NCBI GenBank assembly: GCA_040390045.1 | Contig: JAZJZC010000003.1 | Location: 66,115-117,668 of the forward strand | Reading direction: 5' to 3' | DNA length: 51,554 bases | DNA from: Patescibacteria group bacterium | Lineage (GTDB): Bacteria; Patescibacteriota; Minisyncoccia; Phycocordibacterales; SIBU01 | In this document: piece after piece, positions 1 to 8,769 of the stretch | How the letters are laid out: each line of letters begins with the position of its first letter | How positions within the stretch are numbered: position 1 is the first letter of the stretch | Made by a program: the position numbers and the translations under genes | The notes under the pieces: model-generated | The model's input: the letters and a program-made list of their open reading frames with translations, nothing else | The model's database searches: none | Told to the model about the DNA's origin: nothing

Positions 1-2
1 TG

Positions 3-323
3 GCGGACGCCCTAGGTGAGAGGAATAAAAAAAAGTTGTGGGTTCTGTACCAGAAGGCTGTGCGGGAGGATGCATCTTCCGAAGAATTGTCGGGGATTTT
101 GTTTTGGCAGTTGAAAAATTTGATATTGGCGCAGGAGGTGGCGACGGCTGGGGAAGCGGGGGTTTCTCCTTTCGTGTTTAGTAAGTCTAAGCGTTTTAGT
201 CACAATTTTTCATTGGAAGAGTTACAGGGTATGTCCCTCAAGATTATCGAGTTGTACCATGACGCGCACCGTGGGAAACGAGATTTTGATTCGGGACTTG
301 AGACCTTCGTCTTAAACGTGTAA
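3..323 (+). CDS. holA: DNA polymerase III delta subunit (HolA), C-terminal part; 5' end outside the window
   Basis: Frame 3 is open from the window edge to the stop at 321-323. The tail GVSPFVFSKSKRFSHNFSLEELQGMSLKIIELYHDAHRGKRDFDSGLETFVL fits the usual HolA C-terminal domain pattern. Confidence 0.6.
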   Translation, partial: ADALGERNKKKLWVLYQKAVREDASSEELSGILFWQLKNLILAQEVATAGEAGVSPFVFSKSKRFSHNFSLEELQGMSLKIIELYHDAHRGKRDFDSGLETFVLNV

Positions 324-332
324 GATATTTCA

Positions 333-746
333 ATGGAAAAGATTAGGTTTTTTTGGAACATAGCCTATCGGGTTTGGCCACCATGTATTCGCACGGCCGA
401 AAAACTCGGATTTCATAATTTCAGGCAGAAATTTTTACTTGGAAGGCTGAATTCTCAATTTAATAAAAGTGAGCTCGCTAAGCTATTATACGCCGCTGGT
501 TTTGAGGCCGCGGTTATTGCATGGCACGACCCTGGACAAGTTTTGAGTATGAGAAAAATTGATAGTGAAATTTATCAATACCACTTGAGACTTTTTGTTG
601 ATGGGGAAATTCGCGCTCACTACGAGTATTCTCCTGAGTCCCACCCACTGAGCCATTTTTTGGAGGCACGGTTTGAACCCCGTACAGAAATTTTCAAGGA
701 ATTTTTAGGGAATTATCTTGTCGCTGAGGAATCAAAAACCGACTAG
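333..746 (+). CDS. hypothetical protein (137 aa)
   Basis: Clean ORF filling the gap between holA and tRNA-Lys. No recognisable motif. Confidence 0.5.
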   Translation: MEKIRFFWNIAYRVWPPCIRTAEKLGFHNFRQKFLLGRLNSQFNKSELAKLLYAAGFEAAVIAWHDPGQVLSMRKIDSEIYQYHLRLFVDGEIRAHYEYSPESHPLSHFLEARFEPRTEIFKEFLGNYLVAEESKTD

Positions 747-798
747 CTTTTTGGTAGCCCTTGAATAAAAAACTTTTTTCAAGTATCGTATCCCCCAT

Positions 799-871
799 GC
801 GCTCGTAGCTCAGTTGGTAGAGCAGCTCCCTTTTAAGGAGATGGTCGAGGGTTCGATTCCCCCCGAGCGCA
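799..871 (+). tRNA. tRNA-Lys(TTT)
   Basis: Acceptor GCGCTCG/CGAGCGC is perfect. D arm is GCTC..GAGC, anticodon loop CTTTTAA, T loop TTCGATT, discriminator A. No encoded CCA; the gene is followed by CAA. Confidence 0.9.
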
Positions 872-1140
872 CAACAAACAAGCGAAGCGCCGTTAGCTGT
901 GCGCTCGGAGCAAGCTCTAAACGAGCTTGCGTGGGGAATCGAACAGCGGAGTGTTGTTTTGCGAGCACGCAAAACCGCGAGCTGGTGCTCGACTTATTTT
1001 TATTTATAAAAATAGAAGTCCCCTTGTGGGACAGACAAACCTTTGCGACGGCGAAACTTGAGTCGCGGGCGATTCCAAAAATGGGAAAGGTATACTGTCC
1101 ATGTAATGGAAGATTCCCCCCCCCGAGAAGAGTACTTCTC
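872..1140 (+). repeat. tRNA 3'-flank structured element, Lys copy
   Basis: Linker caacaaacaagcgaagcg. tgtgcgctcgg (898-908) is the exact reverse complement of tRNA 863-873. Inserted hairpin at 909-932. ggggaatcgaac (933-944) is the exact reverse complement of tRNA 851-862. Several internal hairpins follow. gaaaggtatactg (1085-1097) precedes tcca-tgtaa-tgga (1098-1110). A degenerate sense copy agattcccccccccgag lies at 1111-1127. Confidence 0.65.
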
Positions 1141-1158
1141 GTCTACAACAAAAAAGTT

Positions 1159-1560
1159 TTAAATCGGCAAATCCAAGGAGTAAAACCCCGGCCCAAGAAA
1201 TAGAAGGGAAATTGTAATAAGAGTTAGAAGTAACAAAATATTTTGTTCGGGCGACACATCGCTACCTTTCCTGTAGGAGCGAGCGATTGACGCTACAATA
1301 ATAAGTGAAAGAACGATTGCTGTTATTTGAGTAAACAAACCGGCTAGAAGGAGTACTCCACCGAGCACTTCAAGTATGGCAATGCTCCAGAGCCACATTT
1401 TTGTAAGGTTTGTAAATCGGATACTCAGAGTTGAGTTTTTTGAATTTGCTGGAGAAAAATTTTTATACCCGGACCAAATAAAAATCAGGCCAACAACAAC
1501 CCGGAAAATAAAAGGAACGGCAAACTGGTATGACAGAAGTAGAGGAAATGTGCTTAACAT
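1159..1560 (-). CDS. DoxX family membrane protein
   Basis: Start trimmed to the ATG at 1560, because the longer ORF overlaps the TrmH gene. There are four hydrophobic segments, and the C-terminal GPGFYSLD is typical of DoxX. Confidence 0.65.
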   Translation of the reverse strand: MLSTFPLLLSYQFAVPFIFRVVVGLIFIWSGYKNFSPANSKNSTLSIRFTNLTKMWLWSIAILEVLGGVLLLAGLFTQITAIVLSLIIVASIARSYRKGSDVSPEQNILLLLTLITISLLFLGPGFYSLDLPI

Positions 1561-1582
1561 GCCAATATGGTAGCATACTGAA

Positions 1583-2095
1583 ATGAAAATTCGAAATGTA
1601 CAGCGTGAGGCACAAAAAGAAGCTGAAAAACAAAGAGTGTATCTTGTTCTCGATAATATAAGAAGTGTCCACAACGTAGGCTCGATTTTTCGGACGGCGG
1701 ATTGTTTGGGTGTGTCCAAAATATTTTTGGTAGGTGTTACCCCAACACCGAAAGATCGTTTTGACCGTGTGCGGAAAGACTTCGCCAAGGTTTCACTTGG
1801 AGCGGAAAATTTGGTAGCGTGGGAGCATGTGTCGGATCTTTCAAAACTTTTAAGCAAATTCAAAAAACAAAACGTTAGTGTTGTGGCCGTTGAGCAGGCT
1901 TCAAATTCAAAGGACTACCGAAAAATAGAAATTTCTTACCCAGTGGCTTTTATTTTTGGAAACGAAGTTGAGGGGGTTTCTGAAAAAATTTTAAAGAGGA
2001 GCGACATCATCGCTGAAATCCCAATGAAAGGAAGCAAGGAATCGCTGAACGTTTCTGTTGCTGTCGGGATTGCGCTCGCGCAGTTTTTGGATTAA
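1583..2095 (+). CDS. SpoU/TrmH family RNA 2'-O-methyltransferase
   Basis: Motifs LDNIRSVHNVGSIFRTAD, FIFGNEVEGVS and IPMKGSKESLNVSVAVGIAL match the SPOUT class. Confidence 0.85.
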   Translation: MKIRNVQREAQKEAEKQRVYLVLDNIRSVHNVGSIFRTADCLGVSKIFLVGVTPTPKDRFDRVRKDFAKVSLGAENLVAWEHVSDLSKLLSKFKKQNVSVVAVEQASNSKDYRKIEISYPVAFIFGNEVEGVSEKILKRSDIIAEIPMKGSKESLNVSVAVGIALAQFLD

Positions 2096-3048
2096 TAGGT
2101 GATGGCGTCAATGGTTTTTCCATTTTGGTCCAACAGTTTAATGAGCTCTCTCCGGTCTTTCCACAAAACAGAACTTCGGTTGAGATAGACTCTCCAATCA
2201 GGATCATAGAAATCAGGATCGTTTTTATATCTGTTGACGCATTTTGTATAGCTCAACTCTTCAGTGACAAATTTTTGGCATTCAGGTGAAATGTCGTTCG
2301 GTGGGTCAGTGATGACGTAACACCCTGGAAGTGAACTAATGTAGTCTCGACACGCATCGTTAAATTGATATGGCCCGTTTGGTAGATCTGATTCACGAGG
2401 TCCGGGACAGCGACTTGGAAGGCCTGGATAAAACGATTGGTATTGATTGAAAAAACCTGTACACATGTTTGGTTTGAACGAAATGCCAAGCGGAGATCCT
2501 CCCGTAATGATGTAAGCCATTTCTCCTGGTTTTAGATAGATTGGTTCCTCTACGTTGAGCTGATTTTGAAATGGTAATTTTGCTCCTCTGGGAATAGTAA
2601 CACCCGCACCACTTGCCGAACTTTGAAGTCTAAGACCGGTAAGCAAAACTTGGCTTGTGTTTGCGGTACTTGCTTGTACGACTACGTATTCACTACCGAC
2701 TGCCCCAGTGCCTTCACTGACGCCAGCGATGGAAAGTTTGCCAGTTAGTGGGGAAGCTTGGCTTGCCTGTTGCAAGGCGTCGATTTCGGCCTGAATTTCA
2801 TTAGCTTTGAGGCCGGCATCCTGCAAATTTTGCTGAATTTCGTTGGCGTTGAGTTGGTTGCCGTACACGCTGGAAGAGTTGGAGCCGACATGTTGAATGT
2901 CCGCCGTATTAGTTGATTCCTGAGTAGTATTTTGATTTGAAACTCCTGAATTACTGGTTGGACCACCTGAGACAAACCAAAAGAAAAAGAAAAGCACGAC
3001 AATTCCTAATAACCATTTAACATCTTCGTTCATAGGCGAATTATACAC
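2092..3048 (-). CDS. membrane-anchored extracytoplasmic protein, function unknown (possible lamin-tail-like beta domain plus Cys-rich C-terminus)
   Basis: N-terminal TM helix LLGIVVLFFFFWFV, then a low-complexity S/N/Q linker. The central segment EYVVVQASTANTSQVLLTGLRLQS resembles LTD domains. Six Cys in the last 110 aa. Confidence 0.55.
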   Translation of the reverse strand: MYNSPMNEDVKWLLGIVVLFFFFWFVSGGPTSNSGVSNQNTTQESTNTADIQHVGSNSSSVYGNQLNANEIQQNLQDAGLKANEIQAEIDALQQASQASPLTGKLSIAGVSEGTGAVGSEYVVVQASTANTSQVLLTGLRLQSSASGAGVTIPRGAKLPFQNQLNVEEPIYLKPGEMAYIITGGSPLGISFKPNMCTGFFNQYQSFYPGLPSRCPGPRESDLPNGPYQFNDACRDYISSLPGCYVITDPPNDISPECQKFVTEELSYTKCVNRYKNDPDFYDPDWRVYLNRSSVLWKDRRELIKLLDQNGKTIDAITY

Positions 3049-3089
3049 GACAGAAATTACAAAGGAAAACGACCGAGGAAAGGAAAATT

Positions 3090-4037
3090 TTAGTATTGAA
3101 TTTGATGCCTATCGCAAAAATGAGCGCTTCGGCCACCGAGTTTTATTTTTCTAATCGTTCCCCCGCAGTTTTTCTTTTCGCAAGGCTGGCCGGTTTTTCG
3201 GTAGGCGCTGTGGTGATGGTGGAATTTGCCGAATTCTCCTAACGGGTTGCGATAGTCGGAAGTAGAGTCTCCGCCAAAATCGATACCTTTTTCGAGGACA
3301 AGCTTCATCGCATCGAAAAGTTTTTCCAAAGATTTTTGGGGCACTTTTTTAACAGTACTTAGTGGGTGAATTCCTGCAAGATAGAGCATTTCATCCGAGT
3401 AAATATTTCCAATGCCGGCGACTACTTCGGGGTTCATTAACACTTGTTTGATTTTTCCCGTTGGTTTGCAGAGGAGGCGCTCAGTGAACCTTGCGAGGTT
3501 GAAACTTTTTTCAAGAGGCTCGGGGCCAATGCTTTCGAGGTGTGATGAAGTGGCGATTTCGCTTGTGGAAATGAGTGTTACCTTGGCGAATTTTCTCATA
3601 TCAGAAAGCGCCAGATGTTTGCCATCTGAAAGTGTAAAAACTAAATGAAGGAATTGGTTTCTGAAATCTCCGAGTGGTCCCGCCTCTGCCGATTTCCAGC
3701 GCTCCTTTGATTTGGTTTTGTTTCGAATTTCGGATTTCGTGCTTCGAATTTTCCTATATGTTCCATATAGGATGTGTCCAGTCATTTTCATGTGAATCAG
3801 TATTGTTTGATTGTTGTCGAGTTCAAGGAGGACGTTTTTCCCACGGCGATAAATTTTAGTGAATGTGGTGTCTGAAACTTTTTTGGCAAAGTCCGCGAAA
3901 AATTTTGGGTTTTTAATATCGTCTTTACCAGCATGACTCGGACTTTTGTAATCGGTCCACGTAGAAACAATTCGCAAACCCTTAATGAGCGAATTGAGCA
4001 TGGTGGCTGTGGTGTGGACTTCAGGTAGTTCGGGCAT
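3090..4037 (-). CDS. mutM: formamidopyrimidine-DNA glycosylase (Fpg/MutM)
   Basis: N-terminal MPELPEV and a C-terminal zinc finger CEKKNCGGTIRKIKLGGRSAHFCDRHQ. It carries an extra basic insert of about 24 aa (RKIRSTKSEIRNKTKSKERWKS). Confidence 0.9.
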   Translation of the reverse strand: MPELPEVHTTATMLNSLIKGLRIVSTWTDYKSPSHAGKDDIKNPKFFADFAKKVSDTTFTKIYRRGKNVLLELDNNQTILIHMKMTGHILYGTYRKIRSTKSEIRNKTKSKERWKSAEAGPLGDFRNQFLHLVFTLSDGKHLALSDMRKFAKVTLISTSEIATSSHLESIGPEPLEKSFNLARFTERLLCKPTGKIKQVLMNPEVVAGIGNIYSDEMLYLAGIHPLSTVKKVPQKSLEKLFDAMKLVLEKGIDFGGDSTSDYRNPLGEFGKFHHHHSAYRKTGQPCEKKNCGGTIRKIKLGGRSAHFCDRHQIQY

Positions 4038-4250
4038 GGCTGATTTTTAAGAAGCGAAGCGACTATAAAAATCGCCACCCCGTATTATTTTTGCAGCAAT
4101 CATGTTGTAATTTGTAACACAAAACCACTTTAAGCGTATTGAAAACACAAAGCGCGGGCGCGAATAGCGCAACCCTTGCCGGGCGAAGCGCTTTGTTTGT
4201 AAAGATACTACACAAAAATAATACTGGGGTAAAGAAATGCAAAATAGTTT

Positions 4251-5537
4251 TTAACTTTTGATTTTTGCCAACTCTTCCTTTGCAACATCAACGTCGCTCC
4301 ACGGTAATTTTTTACCATTCGGACCCATAAGGAAGGGGTCGGTACCTTTACCGGTGATTAAGACCACTGAGCCTGGGGCCGCCGCGCGGAGCGCGGCGGC
4401 AATCGCCTCTCTTCGATCAACAATAATTTTAGGAAGTTTTTTGGTTATGCCTTCGGCGATTTCTTTGGCGATTTTTTCAGGATCTTCGTCATAGGCGTCG
4501 TCATCAGTTAGGATAATTTCATCACAGTAGGTGTCAGCCACGCGTCCCATTTCTTTTCGTTTCCAGGTGTCTCTTCCGCCGCCAGTGGCGCCAAATACAC
4601 AAATCTTTTTCTTGCCATCAAAAATTTGGTAAAACTTTTCCATGGAATCTGCTGTATGCGCGTAATCAACAACAACTTCAAAATCCTGTTTACCCCGAGC
4701 TGGGTCGAGTGGGCCGAGCACAACGTGCTCAACTCGTCCCTTTATAATTTCCACTTTCTCTAACGCATTTTTAATTGTGTCAGTTGAAATGTTTTGACTT
4801 TTGGCGAACGTGGCCGCGGCGAGGCAATTATAAATGTTGAAAATACCTTTCAGGTGGGTGTTGATTTTTTTACCATCAAGCATAAATGACATTTTGCCAT
4901 CGTCAACGCCATAGGGAACAGCGTCTTTGAGTCCGTAGCTTAGCTTTTTTGGTATGTCGAGTGCCAAAAATCGCATCGATTCTTTTTCGTCACCATTAAC
5001 CACAAGCACTCGATCTTTTTTCGAAGATTTTTCCAAGGCTTTTCCGATTGAGAGTTTTGCTTCGACATATTTTTCATAGGAACCGTGGGATTCGATGTGC
5101 TCCGGAGAAAGATTGGTGAAAATGAGGGCGTCGAAGGCAATAAATTTGTGACGGAATTGTCGCGCAGCTTCTGATGTCATTTCAACAACGGCATAATCGC
5201 ATTTAGCGGTGACTGCATCACGTAAAAATTTCTGAACAAAAAATCTTCCCGGCGTTGTCATTTTATGAAGGTTCGGCTTGCTTCGCTCGCCGATTTTAAA
5301 TCGGATTGTTCCAAGCACCGCGGTTTTAAATCCCGCTTCTTCCAAAATGGCGTTAGTTAGTTCAACCACCGAACTTTTGCCCTTGGTTCCTGTCACCGCA
5401 ATAACCTTGGTGTGCTGGGCGGGGAAGTGGTACATCATTGCACCCAACAAGGCGAGCAAATAGTGATAGGCCGGTTGAAACAGTTTAAAAATTTTTACAG
5501 GGATGATTTTTTTAGCGATTCGAAAGACTTTTTCCAT
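4251..5537 (-). CDS. murE: Mur ligase family protein (MurE-like UDP-MurNAc-tripeptide synthetase)
   Basis: Motifs VTGTKGKSS (P-loop), DYAHTADSMEKF and ITGKGTDP. Start set at MEKVF (ATG at 5537). The 176-aa N-terminal extension in the ORF track is antisense to a G+C-rich gene. Confidence 0.8.
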   Translation of the reverse strand: MEKVFRIAKKIIPVKIFKLFQPAYHYLLALLGAMMYHFPAQHTKVIAVTGTKGKSSVVELTNAILEEAGFKTAVLGTIRFKIGERSKPNLHKMTTPGRFFVQKFLRDAVTAKCDYAVVEMTSEAARQFRHKFIAFDALIFTNLSPEHIESHGSYEKYVEAKLSIGKALEKSSKKDRVLVVNGDEKESMRFLALDIPKKLSYGLKDAVPYGVDDGKMSFMLDGKKINTHLKGIFNIYNCLAAATFAKSQNISTDTIKNALEKVEIIKGRVEHVVLGPLDPARGKQDFEVVVDYAHTADSMEKFYQIFDGKKKICVFGATGGGRDTWKRKEMGRVADTYCDEIILTDDDAYDEDPEKIAKEIAEGITKKLPKIIVDRREAIAAALRAAAPGSVVLITGKGTDPFLMGPNGKKLPWSDVDVAKEELAKIKS

Positions 5538-5697
5538 GTCGATATCATACCGCCATACCAATAAAACACGACTATTGACACTCTCTGTATTTAGTGCTAA
5601 TTTGTGGCCTGCAACAGAACCGCTCTCAAGCAAAAAACAGCTAACCCTAGTCTGGGCAAGTTGTTTTGTGCATAGGGAGCCAACACAAAGAAATAAA

Positions 5698-6099
5698 ATG
5701 AGTACAAGAGGAGATATGATGCGAGCAAACGCGGAGGCGGATAAGCAAACGACGAAGGCCCATCTTCGGAAGGAAATCCAGCGCTTATTGGGCCTCGTGA
5801 AGGAAGGTGGGCATTTGCGCGAGGCCAACGAAGAACTCAAGCGAAGCTGGAATGACGCTGAAGCTCGCGCCAGCCAGTCCATGCAAGAGTGCCGACAAGC
5901 GCAGAGTAACTTGACCGCCGTCACGACACGTTGCCAGGAGCTCGAAAAGGAACTCGAGCACCTCAAGGCAACGACCGCTGGCGAAATTCGGGGCCTGAGC
6001 AAAGCTCTGAGTATCGCCGTCGGCGCCGAAAAAGCATCGCCTTTTGCGAGCATTATTTCCGACATCCTGGGCGGTCTCAGAGATACATCCGGGGAGTAG
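5698..6099 (+). CDS. coiled-coil protein, function unknown (133 aa)
   Basis: ATG at 5698. The heptad-rich sequence EELKRSWNDAEARASQSMQECRQAQSNLTAVTTRCQELEKELEHLK is followed by an intrinsic terminator. It is visibly G+C-richer than its neighbours. Confidence 0.55.
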   Translation: MSTRGDMMRANAEADKQTTKAHLRKEIQRLLGLVKEGGHLREANEELKRSWNDAEARASQSMQECRQAQSNLTAVTTRCQELEKELEHLKATTAGEIRGLSKALSIAVGAEKASPFASIISDILGGLRDTSGE

Positions 6100-6127
6100 T
6101 TGGGTCAGATTTCCGTTAGTTTTATAC

Positions 6128-6160
6128 AACCACAGTTACATGCTGTGGTTTTTTGTTTTT
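6128..6160 (+). terminator. intrinsic terminator
   Basis: aaccacag-ttacatg-ctgtggtt followed by ttttttgtttttt. Confidence 0.7.
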
Positions 6161-6233
6161 TATAAGCCTCTCTAGACATTTACAAAAATCCAATTTTTGT
6201 GGTATTTATGTGGGTTAGTTACGGTTGAAAATT

Positions 6234-6437
6234 ATGAACTTTTTTAGTCGGCTAAGCATTGTTGGTTGGGCCATGATGCTCTTTGTCCCTTCGCTCTTTC
6301 TGGCGAACATTGTTCCTGCCATTGATCGATGGCTCGGACATCCAAACTATGCCGAGCAGTATGTGATGCTGTTTTTGGCGGCTTTGTTCTCTGGTCTTTT
6401 TGGTTTCGAAAAAGGTTCGAGTGATCCCCTGGGGTAG
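6234..6437 (+). CDS. small membrane protein (67 aa)
   Basis: ATG at 6234 and two hydrophobic helices. No homolog recognised. Confidence 0.4.
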   Translation: MNFFSRLSIVGWAMMLFVPSLFLANIVPAIDRWLGHPNYAEQYVMLFLAALFSGLFGFEKGSSDPLG

Positions 6438-6468
6438 TTTTCAAACTACTCCTTTTTCTTTTCACTAA

Positions 6469-7044
6469 TTACTTTCCAAGCAATTTCAACGCCTGTTTAA
6501 TTTTGTCACTTGGTTTCGTAATTTCTTTCGGCAGTTTTTTCAAAGCTTCACGAGCTTCACGTTCTTGGTAGCCCAGCGCCATAAGACCTTCAATGGCATC
6601 TGATTCGTCACGCATTACGCCGGCATCTTTTTCACTATCCAGAAAATCAATTTTGTCTCGGAGTTCTAGCACAATTTTCTCAGCAATTTTTTTACCGATG
6701 CCGGAAATTTTTGTCAGGTGCGCGGTTTCGCCCGTGCCAATCGCTTGTCTGAGGTTTTTAACCGTCGTGACACTCAAAATGCCGATAGCGGTTTTAGGAC
6801 CGATGCCGGAAATGGTAATAAGGAGTTCAAAAAAGTCGAGTTCAGTTTTTTCGATAAAGCCATACAGATCAAGCGCGTTTTCTCGGACGGCGAGATAGGT
6901 CCAGAGACTTACCCGCTCGGGATTTTTTCCGATGTTGTGTAAGGTTTCAGAAGAAGTGAAGACTTTATAGCCAACGCCGGCCGTTTCTAGGATAACGAAT
7001 CGTTCGTCGATATGGATTACTTTTCCGGTTAAGTGAGAAATCAT
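6469..7044 (-). CDS. ruvA: Holliday junction branch migration protein RuvA
   Basis: N-terminal MISHLTGKV..VILETAGVGYKV, HhH motifs ISGIGPKTA and ISGIGKKIAEKI, and a C-terminal domain III. Confidence 0.9.
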   Translation of the reverse strand: MISHLTGKVIHIDERFVILETAGVGYKVFTSSETLHNIGKNPERVSLWTYLAVRENALDLYGFIEKTELDFFELLITISGIGPKTAIGILSVTTVKNLRQAIGTGETAHLTKISGIGKKIAEKIVLELRDKIDFLDSEKDAGVMRDESDAIEGLMALGYQEREAREALKKLPKEITKPSDKIKQALKLLGK

Positions 7045-7164
7045 CGGCTAAGTATAAGGTATATTGTATTAAGTATAAAGTATTGAGATTGCCTTTTTCT
7101 CCGATATTTGTTAGTGTGTTTGAGCTAACAGCTACAAGCTAACAGCTGAAAGCCTCTTTAAACA

Positions 7165-7428
7165 ATGGCCATTACATCTTCAGCAAAAAAAGCCCACCGA
7201 GTATCGCTTAGAAAGCGAGTATTCAACACGCGTCGCGCTGATGCCGTCCGAAAAATTATCAAGGAAATCAAGACTCTTATCGGAGCTAAGAAAATTGCTG
7301 AAGCTCAGAAACTTGTACCGAAAGCGTATCAAGCAATCGACAAGGCAACCAAGATGAACACTCTCCACCGAAATACTGCTTCACGAAAGAAGTCTCAGGT
7401 GGCACGATGGTTTGCAGCAGCGAAATAA
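7165..7428 (+). CDS. rpsT: 30S ribosomal protein S20
   Basis: SAKKAHRVSLRKRVFNTRR...KAYQAIDKATKMNTLHRNTASRKKS. Confidence 0.9.
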   Translation: MAITSSAKKAHRVSLRKRVFNTRRADAVRKIIKEIKTLIGAKKIAEAQKLVPKAYQAIDKATKMNTLHRNTASRKKSQVARWFAAAK

Positions 7429-7562
7429 GGGGTAAGGACGGGAGGGGGATTACCCCTTGTTGCGACTTCGACTCGGACGCTGTGTGAAATCTGAATTTTC
7501 CACGCGCTCCTCGCTTGTCGCAATAATTAAAAAAAGACGGCATCCGAGAGGGTGCCGTTTTA

Positions 7563-7787
7563 CTATCTGCGAAGAGACGTTATCTGACCCCTTGTTCTGT
7601 GTGCGGGGATAGACTGACTGCCTTGGTCTGAGTGTCTCTCCCAGTATAACCAGTCACAGTTGGCACCGCAGAACAGGAAGTTCCCATTTTGATGGCCAGC
7701 ATCCGTTTCCGGAATAATCATTCCGCAACGATCACAGGTCACTACAACTTGTGATGGGCCAAGTGAAAAGTTTCTTATTGGTTCCAT
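7563..7787 (-). CDS. small zinc-ribbon-like protein, hypothetical
   Basis: CDRCG...FCGANC Cys pairs. Start trimmed to MEPIRNF. Confidence 0.4.
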   Translation of the reverse strand: MEPIRNFSLGPSQVVVTCDRCGMIIPETDAGHQNGNFLFCGANCDWLYWERHSDQGSQSIPAHRTRGQITSLRR

Positions 7788-7871
7788 ACACACGCCTTCG
7801 TTTAGTTTCCTATTTAATAGTATCACTCACTATCTACGAAGCAACTCTGAAACTCTTGACGTCCATGAACT

Positions 7872-8468
7872 TTAATTCTGTTTTGTTGTTTTCGCCACGA
7901 AGTAGGTGCCTTTGTTTGCGAGCAGTTCGTAATTTCCAAAAATTTTATTGAAATTTTTCTCGATAAATCGGCTGAGACCAGAAATAGTCACAACGTAAAA
8001 TTCTCCGCCGGGCAATAAGTGCTGATGCGCTTCTTCAAAAAGGATCCAGAAAAATTCTTTGCTGATTTTGGCGGGGAGGTTGGAGACAATGGTTTGGAAC
8101 TGAATGTTTTTTGGCACTTGGTCAAAGCCGTTGCTGAGATAGGTTTGTGTATTTGTTGCGCTGTTTTGCACAGCATTCTTTTTGGCGTATGCAATTGCCA
8201 CGAAATCTTTATCAATCATGTGGACGGTTGTGTTCGGGTAAAGTTTGGCGAGAGGAATGCCGAGTGGACCGTAGCCACAGCCGAGATCAAGAATTTCGCC
8301 GGTTTGGTTTTCTTTCAAGTCAATTTTCTCCAGAAGTACTTTTGTACCCTCATCAATTTTTTCAGGGCTAAAGAGTCCCCAAGTGGTGGCAAAAGTAAAA
8401 GGCAGACCGCGGAGCGTGGCGTTGAATATAAGATCTTTTTTTAGGTCGGTGATGGGGATGGTGGGCAT
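7872..8468 (-). CDS. class I SAM-dependent methyltransferase (RsmC/RlmG-like small domain)
   Basis: ILDLGCGYGPLGIPLA (motif I), HMIDKDFVAI and VSNLPA (NPPF-like position). Confidence 0.75.
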   Translation of the reverse strand: MPTIPITDLKKDLIFNATLRGLPFTFATTWGLFSPEKIDEGTKVLLEKIDLKENQTGEILDLGCGYGPLGIPLAKLYPNTTVHMIDKDFVAIAYAKKNAVQNSATNTQTYLSNGFDQVPKNIQFQTIVSNLPAKISKEFFWILFEEAHQHLLPGGEFYVVTISGLSRFIEKNFNKIFGNYELLANKGTYFVAKTTKQN

Positions 8469-8514
8469 GGGGAAAGCAATTTTATTATAAGGTATTTTGA
8501 CAACGACTTAATTC

Positions 8515-8769
8515 ACGGGCTCTCCGGCCAGACGCTTCGCTATCGAACTCTTTGCAAAGAATCTTCTTTGGCAGGAGTATCTCCCTCGGCAGGAAATCTT
8601 CCGTTACACGGACGGTCTCCTCGTTGAAACTTTATGGCAGGAGTATCTCCCTCGGCTAAAACTTTTCCGTCGAAAAGTTTTGCCTGGGCACCGGCTCGAA
8701 AAATTTTCTGCTGAAAATTTTATACTCCGCCGTTCGATTCCTGCCGGGAGCCACTCTCTGGCGTTCGTG
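8515..8769 (-). repeat. tRNA 3'-flank structured element, Arg(GCG) copy
   Basis: On the + strand, gttcgattcctgccgggagc (8732-8751) is the exact inverted copy of tRNA 8771-8790. The gcggagt box lies at 8724-8730 on the minus strand. The tccg-tgtaa-cgga hairpin (minus strand) lies at 8600-8612. A degenerate sense copy lies at 8578-8600. A 21-nt direct repeat ggcaggagtatctccctcggc occurs at 8570-8590 and 8636-8656. Confidence 0.65.

Noticed and set aside
872-1140. Group I/II intron, tmRNA or a second tRNA gene in the tRNA flanks
   Set aside because: The flanks contain T-loop-like GTTCGA/TCGAAC strings, but only as partial sense and antisense copies of the adjacent tRNA. No complete cloverleaf, no intron core motifs and no ORF can be drawn. 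The segments are too short for introns.
814-1203. 129-aa ORF on the + strand
   Set aside because: It starts inside tRNA-Lys and runs through the hairpin-rich tRNA flank element. The translated sequence is low-complexity with no motif.
5538-6065. 176-codon N-terminal extension of the Mur ligase ORF
   Set aside because: It is antisense to the G+C-rich coiled-coil gene, which suppresses stops. The conserved Mur ligase sequence begins at MEKVF (5537), and the extension is Ser/Ala/Arg/Leu-rich nonsense.
8570-8656. Possible CRISPR array (21-nt repeat with 45-nt spacer)
   Set aside because: There are only two copies and no cas genes in the window. The repeat is derived from the tRNA-Arg acceptor sequence and is part of the tRNA flank element.
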